Notes under the pieces: model-generated
The model's input: the letters and a program-made list of their open reading frames with translations, nothing else
Databases searched by the model: none
Told to the model about the DNA's origin: nothing
Shown: positions 25,002-35,154 of the stretch, in pieces
Layout of the letters: every line of letters begins with the position of its first letter
How positions within the stretch are numbered: the first letter of the stretch is position 1
Origin: Penicillus capitatus
Lineage: Eukaryota; Plantae; Chlorophyta
Assembly: GCA_965649825.1 (NCBI GenBank)
Contig: OZ287702.1
Span: forward strand, 496,001-560,000
DNA: 64,000 bases
Reading direction: 5' to 3'
Position numbers and translations under genes: made by a program

Positions 25002-25160
25002 TTCGTGATCAACGGTGACTTTGTGATAAACGCTTCGGGAAAGCCGTTTCTCATCGTCGATCCGCAAACGGAAGAAGTCATCGCTAATGTCTCCCAGGCA
25101 GTTGTGGAGAATGCCAATCGTGTTGCCCAAGCTGCACACATCGCCTTAAATGAAGGACCC
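25002..25160 (+). pseudogene. Aldehyde dehydrogenase (ALDH1/2-type) N-terminal fragment
   Basis: FVINGDFVINASGKPFLIVDPQTEEVIANVSQAVVENANRVAQAAHIALNEGP matches the ALDH2 N-terminus (LINGQFVDAASGKTF...DPRTGEVIA.V......D..RAV.AAR.AF.EGPW). Similarity stops abruptly and no catalytic domain follows. Confidence 0.65.
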
Positions 25161-25859
25161 TCTGACCTCGTCTCTCCGGAAGAATCCATCACATCAATCG
25201 CATTCTATCTTACTCGACATCGCTTTCTTTAGGAGCGTGGACATATCATGGACAGATTCACTTATCTTCTTGAACAGCACCAAGAAAACTCCCTCGTCTA
25301 GAAGCAATAGTCGATGACTTGATCCAGTCCACAGACATGATGTGCGTTGAGTGTACGACAGTGGGAAGCCACTGATGGTCCTGCCCTGCAAGGTCGACAT
25401 TCTAACTGCCATCAATCTTATCCGTTGTTATGTTATTGTGCCGTGCAGTTAGGCAGACAAGATCCACAGACAAACGATCCCAGTGGACAACAGTTACTTT
25501 GCCTAGACGTTGCACGAGCCAATGGGCGTCGTCGGAGGGGTAACGATAGATAGCGCTTCATCTTAGCTGAGAGACCATGAATTCGCCAGAACATTCCATC
25601 AAACTTCCATTGGTGATGGCGGCCCGGAAACGACGTAGACATGTCTCGGCGTCTTGTCGACTTCGGGGCGAAGAATCGTCGTGTATTGACAGGAAGGCAG
25701 TTCAACAGCATCGCGAGGACCGTCATCGATCGGAGGTGTCTGGATGACGGACGTCTCGCAGTCCATGAGCATCATTATCCTTGCATTCGAACATCGGTTG
25801 ACAAACGCTGACTTCGTCCTGTTCGAAGTTCGTTGGTTCACATAAGACTTTTTCGGGTC

Positions 25860-28800
25860 ATGCAACGAATGCCCGTAGAATCGCTGCTCCATCTGGCAGG
25901 AACAGTTCTCTTAATCGCCTGTTCGACAGGAGCACAACAGAGTCCCGCAGGTAGTGATGCGATTCGTTTCGTTGCCGGCTTGGCGGACGATCCTTGCTAT
26001 TTTTGTCACTTCTTGTCCGATGGCTCGACGTTTCGCTGCCCGAATTCAAGAAGCTGCTGTCATCGACTTCGTCACCAGTGCGACCTTCGTAGGTGACGGG
26101 TGCAAACTGCCGAAGAAGATCGTTGACGAGACCCATGACGACGCGACACGGGCATGGCATGTCGACGACGCTTACTTCGAAGACCACGACTTGCAAGACG
26201 TCGTCGACTGCGCCTCCGACGGCGACACCATTCGGCTGAACGTCTCCAGACCTGTCCAGCCGAAAAGACAGATCGAAATTTCAAAGCGTCTGGAAATCCG
26301 AGGACCCCGACGCGACGAGGAGAAGTCCACGCGACAAGCACGCGCGAAACCAACTCTGACGTGTCCTCCTAATGACCCCCTCTTCGTCATCAGGTCGGTG
26401 ACGGAGTGCTTCCATCGATGTCTTTTCAGATCTCTTCTATTCTTAGGGATGTCGACGTCGTCTTGGAAAACGTCTCCGTCCGGGGCTGCGTCTTCACCGA
26501 TCCGTTCTACAACCTCAGTGTCGTCGAGATCAGCTGCGATCGATCACGCGATGGCGATATTGTATTGGAAATGCGCGGCGTCGACTTCAGCCACAACATG
26601 AATCCAGGCGGCATCGCAGGATTCCGTGCCCAAGATCCGTCATGTGTCAAGGTCAAGCTGCGTGACTTTGATTTTCACGGGAACACCTACTTCCTTGGTT
26701 CCATATTCGGCCACAAAAATGATCTTGAAAACATCGTTATCTCAGAGAACACTCAGCGGCGTCAGTCTGTTGTTGGCGACAGAATGTCCTATCACACGTC
26801 GCAGAGAATTTATATCCCTTCGAACGTCGACCTGCCCACATGGTAATGCTTCCTTGCTTTGCAGGCAGACGTGCGATTTGCGTTCGATCGTAGGACGAAA
26901 AGCTTTCCCGGCGGCTACACTGAGATGCACGCTTTGGACAACGCTGCCTTCCGATTCCCTGAAGCATCTACGAGCACTGTGAAAGATCTCGTCTCCGTCG
27001 ACAACGCTGGCTACCCTGTGTCCGTCGACAGAGGGTCCCTGTCGATCAGCGGGAATTCAAAGTTTGCAAACAACACCGGCAATGCTGGCGCCGTCATCGT
27101 TGCCTCCGAGAGCAAAGTCGCCCTGAAAGGCGCTCAGTTTGAGTACAATATCTACTTTAATCCGGGTGGATGCCTGGATCTACGAAACGGATCCAGCGGT
27201 GAAATCAGCTCCACACGCTTCTTCAAGAACGCTGCCAGAGATGGTACCTGCATCCGTGCCACCTCTCCTGCGCATCTGGAGATCAGGGACTCCGTTTTCG
27301 AGGAGAACCACAGTGTTGACAGAGGATGCATTTGGGTCAATGGTTCCAGCGATTCGACCTCTGCCGTCACCCTCTCTAACTGTGTCTTTGCCAACAATAC
27401 AGCGCATGCGGATGCTAGAGCAGGAATCGTCCGTGGTTCCGTAATGTTTGAGCATTTTGACCATGGACATGTTTTGACAGAGTCAACAAGTTTCGAGAGC
27501 CATGAATCCGGGAGCTGTAGTAACAAAGAGGACGATCATGTTGGATTAATCATCATGGCCAACACCCGTAATGTGTCATTCAAAGCCGACAGTTCATCTT
27601 TCGCAAGGGCACCTAGAGTCGGGGGAGCAGGCCCTTTGGGATCTGCGTTTCGCTTTGTGGATACCACCGGGGTGCTGGAAATAGCGCGATCTCGTTTTGA
27701 GAATCTCTTTGGCTGTGGCCATGGCAGCAGCATTTTCTTGAGAAACAGTCCAAGTCACGACGCTCGCACGGTGCTGAACGTGACTGAAAGCAATTTCTCC
27801 TCTATCGTCGCATTCGGAGGCACAGTCTACGCGAAAGGACGGGAGATCGAGGTTGAAGTGAGAGGTAGTCGATTTGAGCGCAATTCCGCCCAAGCAGAGA
27901 ACCCTTATCATAATCTGGCCGGCAATGTTCTGTTCGTAGAAGACATAAAGACACTCAAAATGACAAACTGCACTGCGATGCATAACTTCGTTGACAACCG
28001 AGGAGTCCAACCAGCTTCCGGATCGGTTCACATACAGAGGACAGACAGTGTGATGATAGAAGATAGCGTATTCACCGCAAATTCAGTCGGAATAAGAAGA
28101 GGACAAACTGGGGGCGCCATCTATCTCTCCACCGGAGGGAAGCAAGGAGAACTGGACGTGGTTAATTGTCGCTTTGAAGACAATGTTGCGTCCAGTGGCG
28201 GTGCCATCTATGTTAGAGGCCTCACACGACTTAACGTAAGAGACTGTGTCTTTCGAAACAACATTGCTGCCGAATCTGGAGGAGCCATTCTTGCATCTGA
28301 CTGCATGATGGCAACGTTTACGAAGATCAGCTTTGAAGCAAACGAGGCAAGACTCGGAGGAGCCTTGGCTTTCTGTGGTGATAAGGGTCCGACAGTCGAA
28401 GGAAGCTCTTTTGTGCGGAACAAAGCTCAGAAGGGAGGAGGCATTGCTTACGTGGATAACCATCCACCGACGTCGACAAACTTTGGACCGACATTTCAAC
28501 CGAAGATGTCTTCGAGTAGATTTGTCGAGAACGAAGCGGCAATCGGAGGTCAACTTTTGGTTGTGCTGGGTGTCAATGATGCAGTTTTCTGTTGTCTTGT
28601 TTAGGTGCGATTTTCTTTGATGCCTCGGTCCCTGAAATATCGGTAGAAAAAGATCACAGTAGAGCCAATCCGTTCTCAGAGAGTGCTTCCCGTTTAACGT
28701 TCCGCAGAAATCGAGCTTCTGTCGCTGGAGGTGCAGTTTTTGCACTCAATCCACACCGTGTCGAAGTCCTTGCCCCCAAATGTAGAAGTTTTGTGGAGGA

Positions 28801-31311
28801 TTCACACACTCAAAACTTCACGATCACATCGTTCGCAAAAAGTGCTGTGTGCAGAGCGATGAAGGGAAACACTGTGGGGGAAGGTGGGTATGGACCCGAC
28901 ATTGCTACACCAGCATTCGGTTACTACGTCACACTGTACTACAAGAACGGGACGCGTGTGCCGCTGGAGCAGGGAGACGAATATGGTCTGGGAAGGTGGA
29001 AGAGTGGCGACGATCTCCCAGCCATAGAAGTCTCCATGTACGATCACTACGGACAGGGTCCAGCCAGAAGAGGATCCCGAGACGCAAAGGCCCAGTTTGG
29101 CGATTTGGAGGACGTGCATCTGCCCGACTACTTGTCGTACGCCAGAGCAGTTCTGGTGTCGGACGACGGTCTCCTGCCGAACGACCTGGTCGGCAACCTA
29201 ACATCTGGGAGGGACAACATTACCGTCGGCCCGCCGCTGGTGACGCCCGACGACTACACGGCGGCCTTGATTGTCCCAGATCTGAGCGAAGAACACGTCA
29301 CGCTGTCTGTCAACATCCGTCCCTGTGTGATCAACGAAGTCCCTCGAGATGACAACAGAGGCTGCATCGAATGCAAGCCCGGACGCTACAACTTCGATCC
29401 TGAGACCGGGACATGCACCGTCTGTCCCGACAACGGCGACTGCTCTGGCAAGTACGCGCTGCCAAAGTCTGGACACTGGAATGCGTTCCCCTGCTCGCAC
29501 CACATGCAGAAGTGCGTGTTCGGGGAAGCCTGTCGTGGACTCAATGCGTCGGAACTGAACAGAACGGTCGCGGTCGATGCGGCAGAAGGGTGTGACTTCT
29601 CCGATGAAGAGATCGAGCAGTACCAAGCCGATTTGTGCGAGGACGGGTACGAAGGCCCTCTGTGCGGATCATGCGCAGAGGGTCATGGCAAACTGGGCGC
29701 CTTCCGGTGTCTGGTCTGCGGATCCAATGCCTCGGCGGTTTTTGCTGTTCTGGCTGCTTTCTTCATCTTGACGATGCTCACCTTGCTTCAGATCAGAGGA
29801 AACCTCACTCTTGCCAATCACCCACAGTCTCAACGGAACTCATCTCGTTTTGTCCTAAGCTGGAAGCGCCTTCCCGTCCCCTTAGCTGCATACATTAGCC
29901 GCAGGGCCATGCGTCTTCCCGAACAAGAGAGAGAATCCGAAGAACAAACAGAAGCACGACAGGATCGAAACGAGAACTACGAAAACAAGGCCAAGGAAGA
30001 GAGCACGAAGTTTGTGCAAGTTCTGAAGGTAACGTCCCTTTTACAGCAGCTCCCTTCCTTTTCATGATCGCAGATCACCATCAACTTCGTCCAAGTGGTG
30101 GCCACTGGAATCGCACTCGACATGGCGTGGTCACCTGCCATTCTCCGACTCTTCGAATCATGGGGTAACCAACAACTGTCGCTGCGGTGTAACAGAGATG
30201 TGTGCTCTGTGCAGATTGGATAGGAGGCGCTGTCAGTCAGGCATCTACCTTCTCATTCATGTGCCTGCTGTCGAAGAACGGATCAGCACCGAGATCTGTT
30301 CTTCAGGCAGCTCTCGTCACTGTGATCCCTTTGGCCGTCGCTTTTTTTATATGTGCGTTTTGGGTATGCAGCGCAACCAAGAAAGACAGACCGTGGAACT
30401 ATCTGGCAAAGAGATTCGTCCTGACAGTGGTGTCTGTGCTTTACGTTGCCTATCTGCCCCTCTTCCGAACAGCCATCAACGTTTTCTCCTGTGTCGATGT
30501 CTATGACTCCGCTACCCTTCATGGCATTGACACCTCTAACTCGTATTGGGCAGAGGATACCTCTGTCAGATGCTTTGCCGACAGTCATGCCACACTCGTT
30601 TTTGCCATCGCCATACCGCTTATCATTTTCGCCATCCTTTTCCTCGTTTCCTTGGGAATGATCTTGATCATCGCTAGAGAAAGGGGGATTCTTGACTCCC
30701 CGTGGATACAGGAGACCATCGGAATGCAGTTCAAAGGCTTTAAAGAAGCCTATGTTTTCTGGGATTGTATTGTCTTGCTAAGAAAGGCCTTGATCGCTGT
30801 TATTGCCACTTTTTCACACAGCCTGGGGGCCAATTTGCAAGGACATCTGCTCATTGCACTTCTTCTGCTTGTTCTGTTCTTGCACATCATGGTGTCGCCA
30901 TTCAAAGCAGAACTCGAGGCCCTCAATCTTCTGGAATCTGCCTCCCTTTTTGTCAGCCTGTGCACTGTTCTTTGCGGTCTCATTCTGGACGACGAGAAGA
31001 CGTCCGATGACAGTCTGCGGGCCTTCCTGGTCGCAGTCGTTCTTCTGCTGAACATCGGTCTCCTTCTGATCCTTTTCTTTTTCTTGGCGAAGCATAAGAT
31101 TCGCACAATTAGATTCTATTTGCTCTCGGCGGGCAGAGAGTCACACAAAAGTACTTTGATTAGCATGATTACAATCTACTGTATGTTGCGCTTCCGCCAA
31201 TTCGTGGACGCACTTTGGAAGAAAGATCGCAGCACTCAGACCGTCATCCATGTCCAAGTTAGGCAAGAAACGGATCCCGATCAAGTTGAACTAGTCGACC
31301 GCTCGAACTGA
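25860..31311 (+). CDS. Large secreted beta-helix (pectin-lyase fold/PMP GGA(I/L)-FxxN repeats) + Cys-rich stalk + multi-pass membrane receptor-like protein, copy 1
   Basis: Signal peptide MPVESLLHLAGTVLLIACSTGA. Repeats FEDNVASSGGAIY, FRNNIAAESGGAI, FEANEARLGGAL and FVRNKAQKGGGI. Cys-rich CIECKPGRYNFD..CTVCP..GDC and C..GYEGPLCGSCAEG. At least 7 hydrophobic helices in the last exons. About 6 GT-AG introns. Confidence 0.85.
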
Positions 31312-33329
31312 AGCGTTCGAGCTCGGAGTTTTATTTTTGCAGATGAACGGACAACAACACTCTGGTTCCTTTTAGATTCCTAAAAGGGAGTGATCTTACG
31401 TTTCACTCATTTTTCATCCATCGCATTTTTATTTGTGCAACTCAAGGTCATTAGATCTTGATTCGGTCGTTCGTTAAGCATGCATGATGTTCTTTTCTCC
31501 CTTTGCACAGCATTAAATAAATCACGTACGTGTTCAACGTTTGCCGGCACGGATGGAAAACAATTCAAATGATGACTTTTGTTATGAAGTACAAGACTAC
31601 GAGTCATGTGCGGAAAGAACACAGGTGAGAGGACTAAACAGGTCTCTTTGTGAATGTCTGCAGTAATGTCGTTTTGAACAGTAGCAAAGGTTTAATATTG
31701 CGCGCCTTGTATGGAAGATATCTAAGACAACGCGTGTCGTCATTAACGGGTGGATTGCGTCTGTTTATATATCGCTGCAGCTAAGGCTGAGGAAATGCAA
31801 ACAGACGACCAGAATTTGACAGAAGCTGACTTCTTTAAAGATGTGCGCAGAAGTGAAAACATGGCACGTACAGTGCGTTCCAGTTGCTCAGAGACAAGGA
31901 AGATAGATAACAGTTTTGCGCCTTCGTGTTGCCGATTTTCGCTGAACGCTGAGTATATTCAAGATCTGCTCGCTTCTCATCTAGAATCCGAAAACATGAC
32001 GATGCGTGTTGCTCGTCTACTATGGAGACACTTGGGAGTCATGGATCGTTATCGCTTGAAGTCGTAAACATTCGGCCCGCGTGAAGAAACTGTGCATGGT
32101 ACAATGTGCGAAAAAACTCTTCTCAGTCTCTGCCTGGGTTACACCACAATCACTTTTCCTCACATACAATATTGCCAGCAGAGTAAAGAGACCTCGTTCA
32201 CGAGAGTAGACTTCGCTGACACTTCGAGTGAGAGGATTACTAGACGCGAAAGGGTTTTGGTCTCCCTCGGCTTGAAGCGACCGATAATGTTGTTGGTTAA
32301 CTTGGATTGCGAGCCAGAGTTCTTCATGGCTTCAAAGTCCGCCGTCGATGAAAATCCTCCATAGGTCCACAAGGCATGCATGCGTTGACCAATGGCTATA
32401 ATGGAAGGGGTAAAAAAGGCTCTTTTCTCTTCCTGTTAAAGCTGAGGCTCTCGAATCTCGCGTTGAGAGACTTGTTTCTCCTCTCTCCTCGTCATCGTCA
32501 TTTTCACGAAGAGCAACAGACAGTCTGGCTACTAAATTGTCTTTTCGATAAACTAGGCACTCGACTGTCGTCCCCGCCGGCGCTGAATGCCTATCATTCT
32601 GAGCGGTCAAGGCGAACTAGACCAGTCCAGTTTTCAGTTCACAAGAAGTGTTCGCAAAACCAACGGAGACCAGCCAAGGATCGTTGTTGTGTGCAAGCCA
32701 ATCTCACTCGAGGTCAGTCTGCTACTCGAGATACTCTTCTGAATGAAACGCGGCAGTTGTCGAAAGCATTGGGCAAGGCGACACCCAACACAGAGTCAGA
32801 CTCAAGGTAACAAACGACTTGAAAATCTCCGGCACTACGTGTTCCCTCGCTGCATTTTCTGATCGTTGCGACGTTGTTGCTTCACGTTCCTGGAGTACAT
32901 GCAATCTGGAATCTTCTCGAACCGACTGAGTGAGTCTCACCTTCTGACGAATGTGCCATTCACTAAGAACGTGTGGTCTTGCTTGAGCCTTTCTGCTTTT
33001 CATCTGTCTATTATTTCCGACGCAGCGGCGAATGGGAGATTCCGGGACTGTCACGTCAGCATTCCAAACGTCTGCCTTCGACATCATAGGCGCGTTTCGT
33101 CCTCGTCGCGTCTCGCGTGTTTGTTGCAGGTTTCTGCTTTCTGTTCGCTACTCATCGTTGACGATTCGCGGAGCGAGATGAAGAGATACAGGACCGGTCT
33201 CCTTATCAAATCGCCAAAGGCCGGGACGTCGATGGATGAAAGTCAACGAGATTGGGCGTCGCTTCCATTGCCCGTCGTCGACAGTCTCGTTCGCGTTCTC
33301 AAGAACACTCGAAGATGGAGACTGGAGGG

Positions 33330-33484
33330 TGTGAGGCCATTGATTTAGATAAGGGGAATGATGAAAAGACCGACATGACGTTGAACATTAAAAAACGAAT
33401 CGTTGTATGGGAAAAAACCTTTTTCACCTTTTTCGACCATTCCGTCTTGAACTTTTTCGACGTGCGGAAGATGGTCCTCTCACA
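33330..33484 (+). repeat. 5' LTR (155 bp)
   Basis: tgtgaggcc...ggtcctctcaca, with a TGTGAG/CTCACA terminal inverted repeat; identical to 37988-38142 on manual comparison. Confidence 0.97.
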
Positions 33485-35120
33485 TGGTTTCGGAGCGAGG
33501 CTGGCACTGTATGCCTTTTGCCTCGGAGTTTTTTCTGGCGTCGCTTTTGTCGTTGACGCATCGTCAGCGTCTGAGGGACTCAGTGAATCGGAGCTGCTGA
33601 GTCAATTGCCTCCTCAGACTACCATGGTGGATCTTCTGAAACGTGTCCGCGAGCTCACAAGGGAGAGGGATGCGTGCAGAAGCTCACTCAGGAATCTTAA
33701 AGACGGCAAGCAGCGACAACAAGGCGCAACCTCGGAAAGTGCCGACAGCGCCTCGGACAAGGCTGATTCTCCCTCGGGCAAGAAATCCTCATGGTTTGGC
33801 TTCTTTCGTAGACCTCAAAGAAGTCCCTCGGATGCTCGAGAGGAGCCAGTGAACTACAAAACCTATGCCCGCAATCTGTATTCCCGTGTGATTGCATCAT
33901 GTGGTCGCGTCACGACCTCGTTAGCGACGTTTTTCAGTGTCTCTACCATTTTTGTGGGACGCACGTTACTCGTGATCACTTTGCTGATAGCTTTCAACAT
34001 TCTTGCATGGTGCTGGTTGCGATTTGCTAAGTTGTGCTGCATGATTAGAGTTTTATGGAATGCAGCTTTTGTTATACCTCTCGTTATCGTGATGAAGAAC
34101 GTGTTTTTATCTGTTTGGGGAATAATTTCTGAAACATTGCAGAAGCCCAAGATGGCTTCATTCCTTGATGCAGTGAGGTTGCTAGACGATCTCAAGAAGC
34201 TCAAATTTGCGAGGAACGAATCTGCTTCCGCTTTTGTGGCAAGAGTGATAAGTGTGATTAAGTCCAGGAAAGTCAATCTGCCAGATGAGGTAGTTGTTCC
34301 TGTCGTACTTGATCATTTGGACGATAATCTGAGACGTATGATGCTTCAAGTGGATAAGCATCTCACTTTAGAAAAGATATCTGCGATGCTCGAAAGTGCA
34401 GAATATCTCAGATCTGCCAAAGACCTGTCCGCTTATGGAGCTAGGATTGACGCCCCTCAGACCATTAAAGCCGAGAGAGAGTGCGTTGCCGAGCCTCGAA
34501 TCTCAGTCAAGACTTGTCATCGTTGCGGTGGATCAGCGCACCCCATGTGGACGTGTCCTCTTCGGCCCACTCACCCAAGCAAGCCGTGTGTGATCTGTGG
34601 CAATGGCCACTACCATTGGAGAGACCAGTGCCCTCAACGAGTCGGATCTACGGATCGCATGATGGCACAGAGAGTCGGTCGCCAGCCACGGACAAATCAC
34701 GAGGTTCTGCCGACTGAAAAAACGCGTGATGCAGCCAGATATCTATACCATGTAGAGGCGAGTATACCCTCTCATCCTCAAGGCGTTTCGATGCTCGTTG
34801 ACAGTGGCAGTGCACACAGTCATCTCCCTCAGAGCGTCGTCAAGAAGCTTGGACTTCCTGTCGATGCGTCAGATATCAAGATCGTTGCTGGATTCAATGG
34901 CTCGATCGAGCCTATCCTTGGGGTGGCCAAGATGGCAGTGACCCTAGGCGATGAGCAACGGACAGTGTCTTTTCTGGTGAGTAAGGCTGTATCGAAGATA
35001 ATACTTGGGAATGAGGCAATGAAGGACTTTGCTTTGAAGTTGAACTGGAAGGAAGACTGTCTAGAGGCCGAGAACGGCACTAGATTGTACTGTCATCACG
35101 TAGCGTCAAAAAACGAATGA
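33471..35120 (+). CDS. Gag-protease ORF with N-terminal signal peptide, coiled coil and transmembrane segments
   Basis: Zinc knuckles CHRCGGSAHPMWTC (34515-34556) and CVICGNGHYHWRDQC; aspartic protease LVDSGSAHS...ILGNE; short gag-like helical region LKKLKFARNESASAFVARV; hydrophobic N-terminus and TM block at ~33930-34125. Confidence 0.88.
   Translation: MVLSHGFGARLALYAFCLGVFSGVAFVVDASSASEGLSESELLSQLPPQTTMVDLLKRVRELTRERDACRSSLRNLKDGKQRQQGATSESADSASDKADSPSGKKSSWFGFFRRPQRSPSDAREEPVNYKTYARNLYSRVIASCGRVTTSLATFFSVSTIFVGRTLLVITLLIAFNILAWCWLRFAKLCCMIRVLWNAAFVIPLVIVMKNVFLSVWGIISETLQKPKMASFLDAVRLLDDLKKLKFARNESASAFVARVISVIKSRKVNLPDEVVVPVVLDHLDDNLRRMMLQVDKHLTLEKISAMLESAEYLRSAKDLSAYGARIDAPQTIKAERECVAEPRISVKTCHRCGGSAHPMWTCPLRPTHPSKPCVICGNGHYHWRDQCPQRVGSTDRMMAQRVGRQPRTNHEVLPTEKTRDAARYLYHVEASIPSHPQGVSMLVDSGSAHSHLPQSVVKKLGLPVDASDIKIVAGFNGSIEPILGVAKMAVTLGDEQRTVSFLVSKAVSKIILGNEAMKDFALKLNWKEDCLEAENGTRLYCHHVASKNE
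33485..33496 (+). promoter_or_regulatory. Primer-binding site, tRNA-iMet-like with two substitutions
   Basis: TGGTTTCGGAGC lies directly after the LTR; the canonical iMet PBS is TGGTATCAGAGC. Confidence 0.6.
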
Positions 35121-35154
35121 CACCGGCTCCCTCAGCCGGTTTAAAACGGAGGGA
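35108..35154 (+). promoter_or_regulatory. -1 programmed ribosomal frameshift signal (slippery heptamer + H-type pseudoknot)
   Basis: A-AAA-AAC in the gag phase (35108-35114); 7-nt spacer; stem 1 ACCGGC/GCCGGT; stem 2 CCCTC/GAGGG; a single A at the junction; 8-nt A-rich loop. A -1 shift enters the pol frame. Confidence 0.8.
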
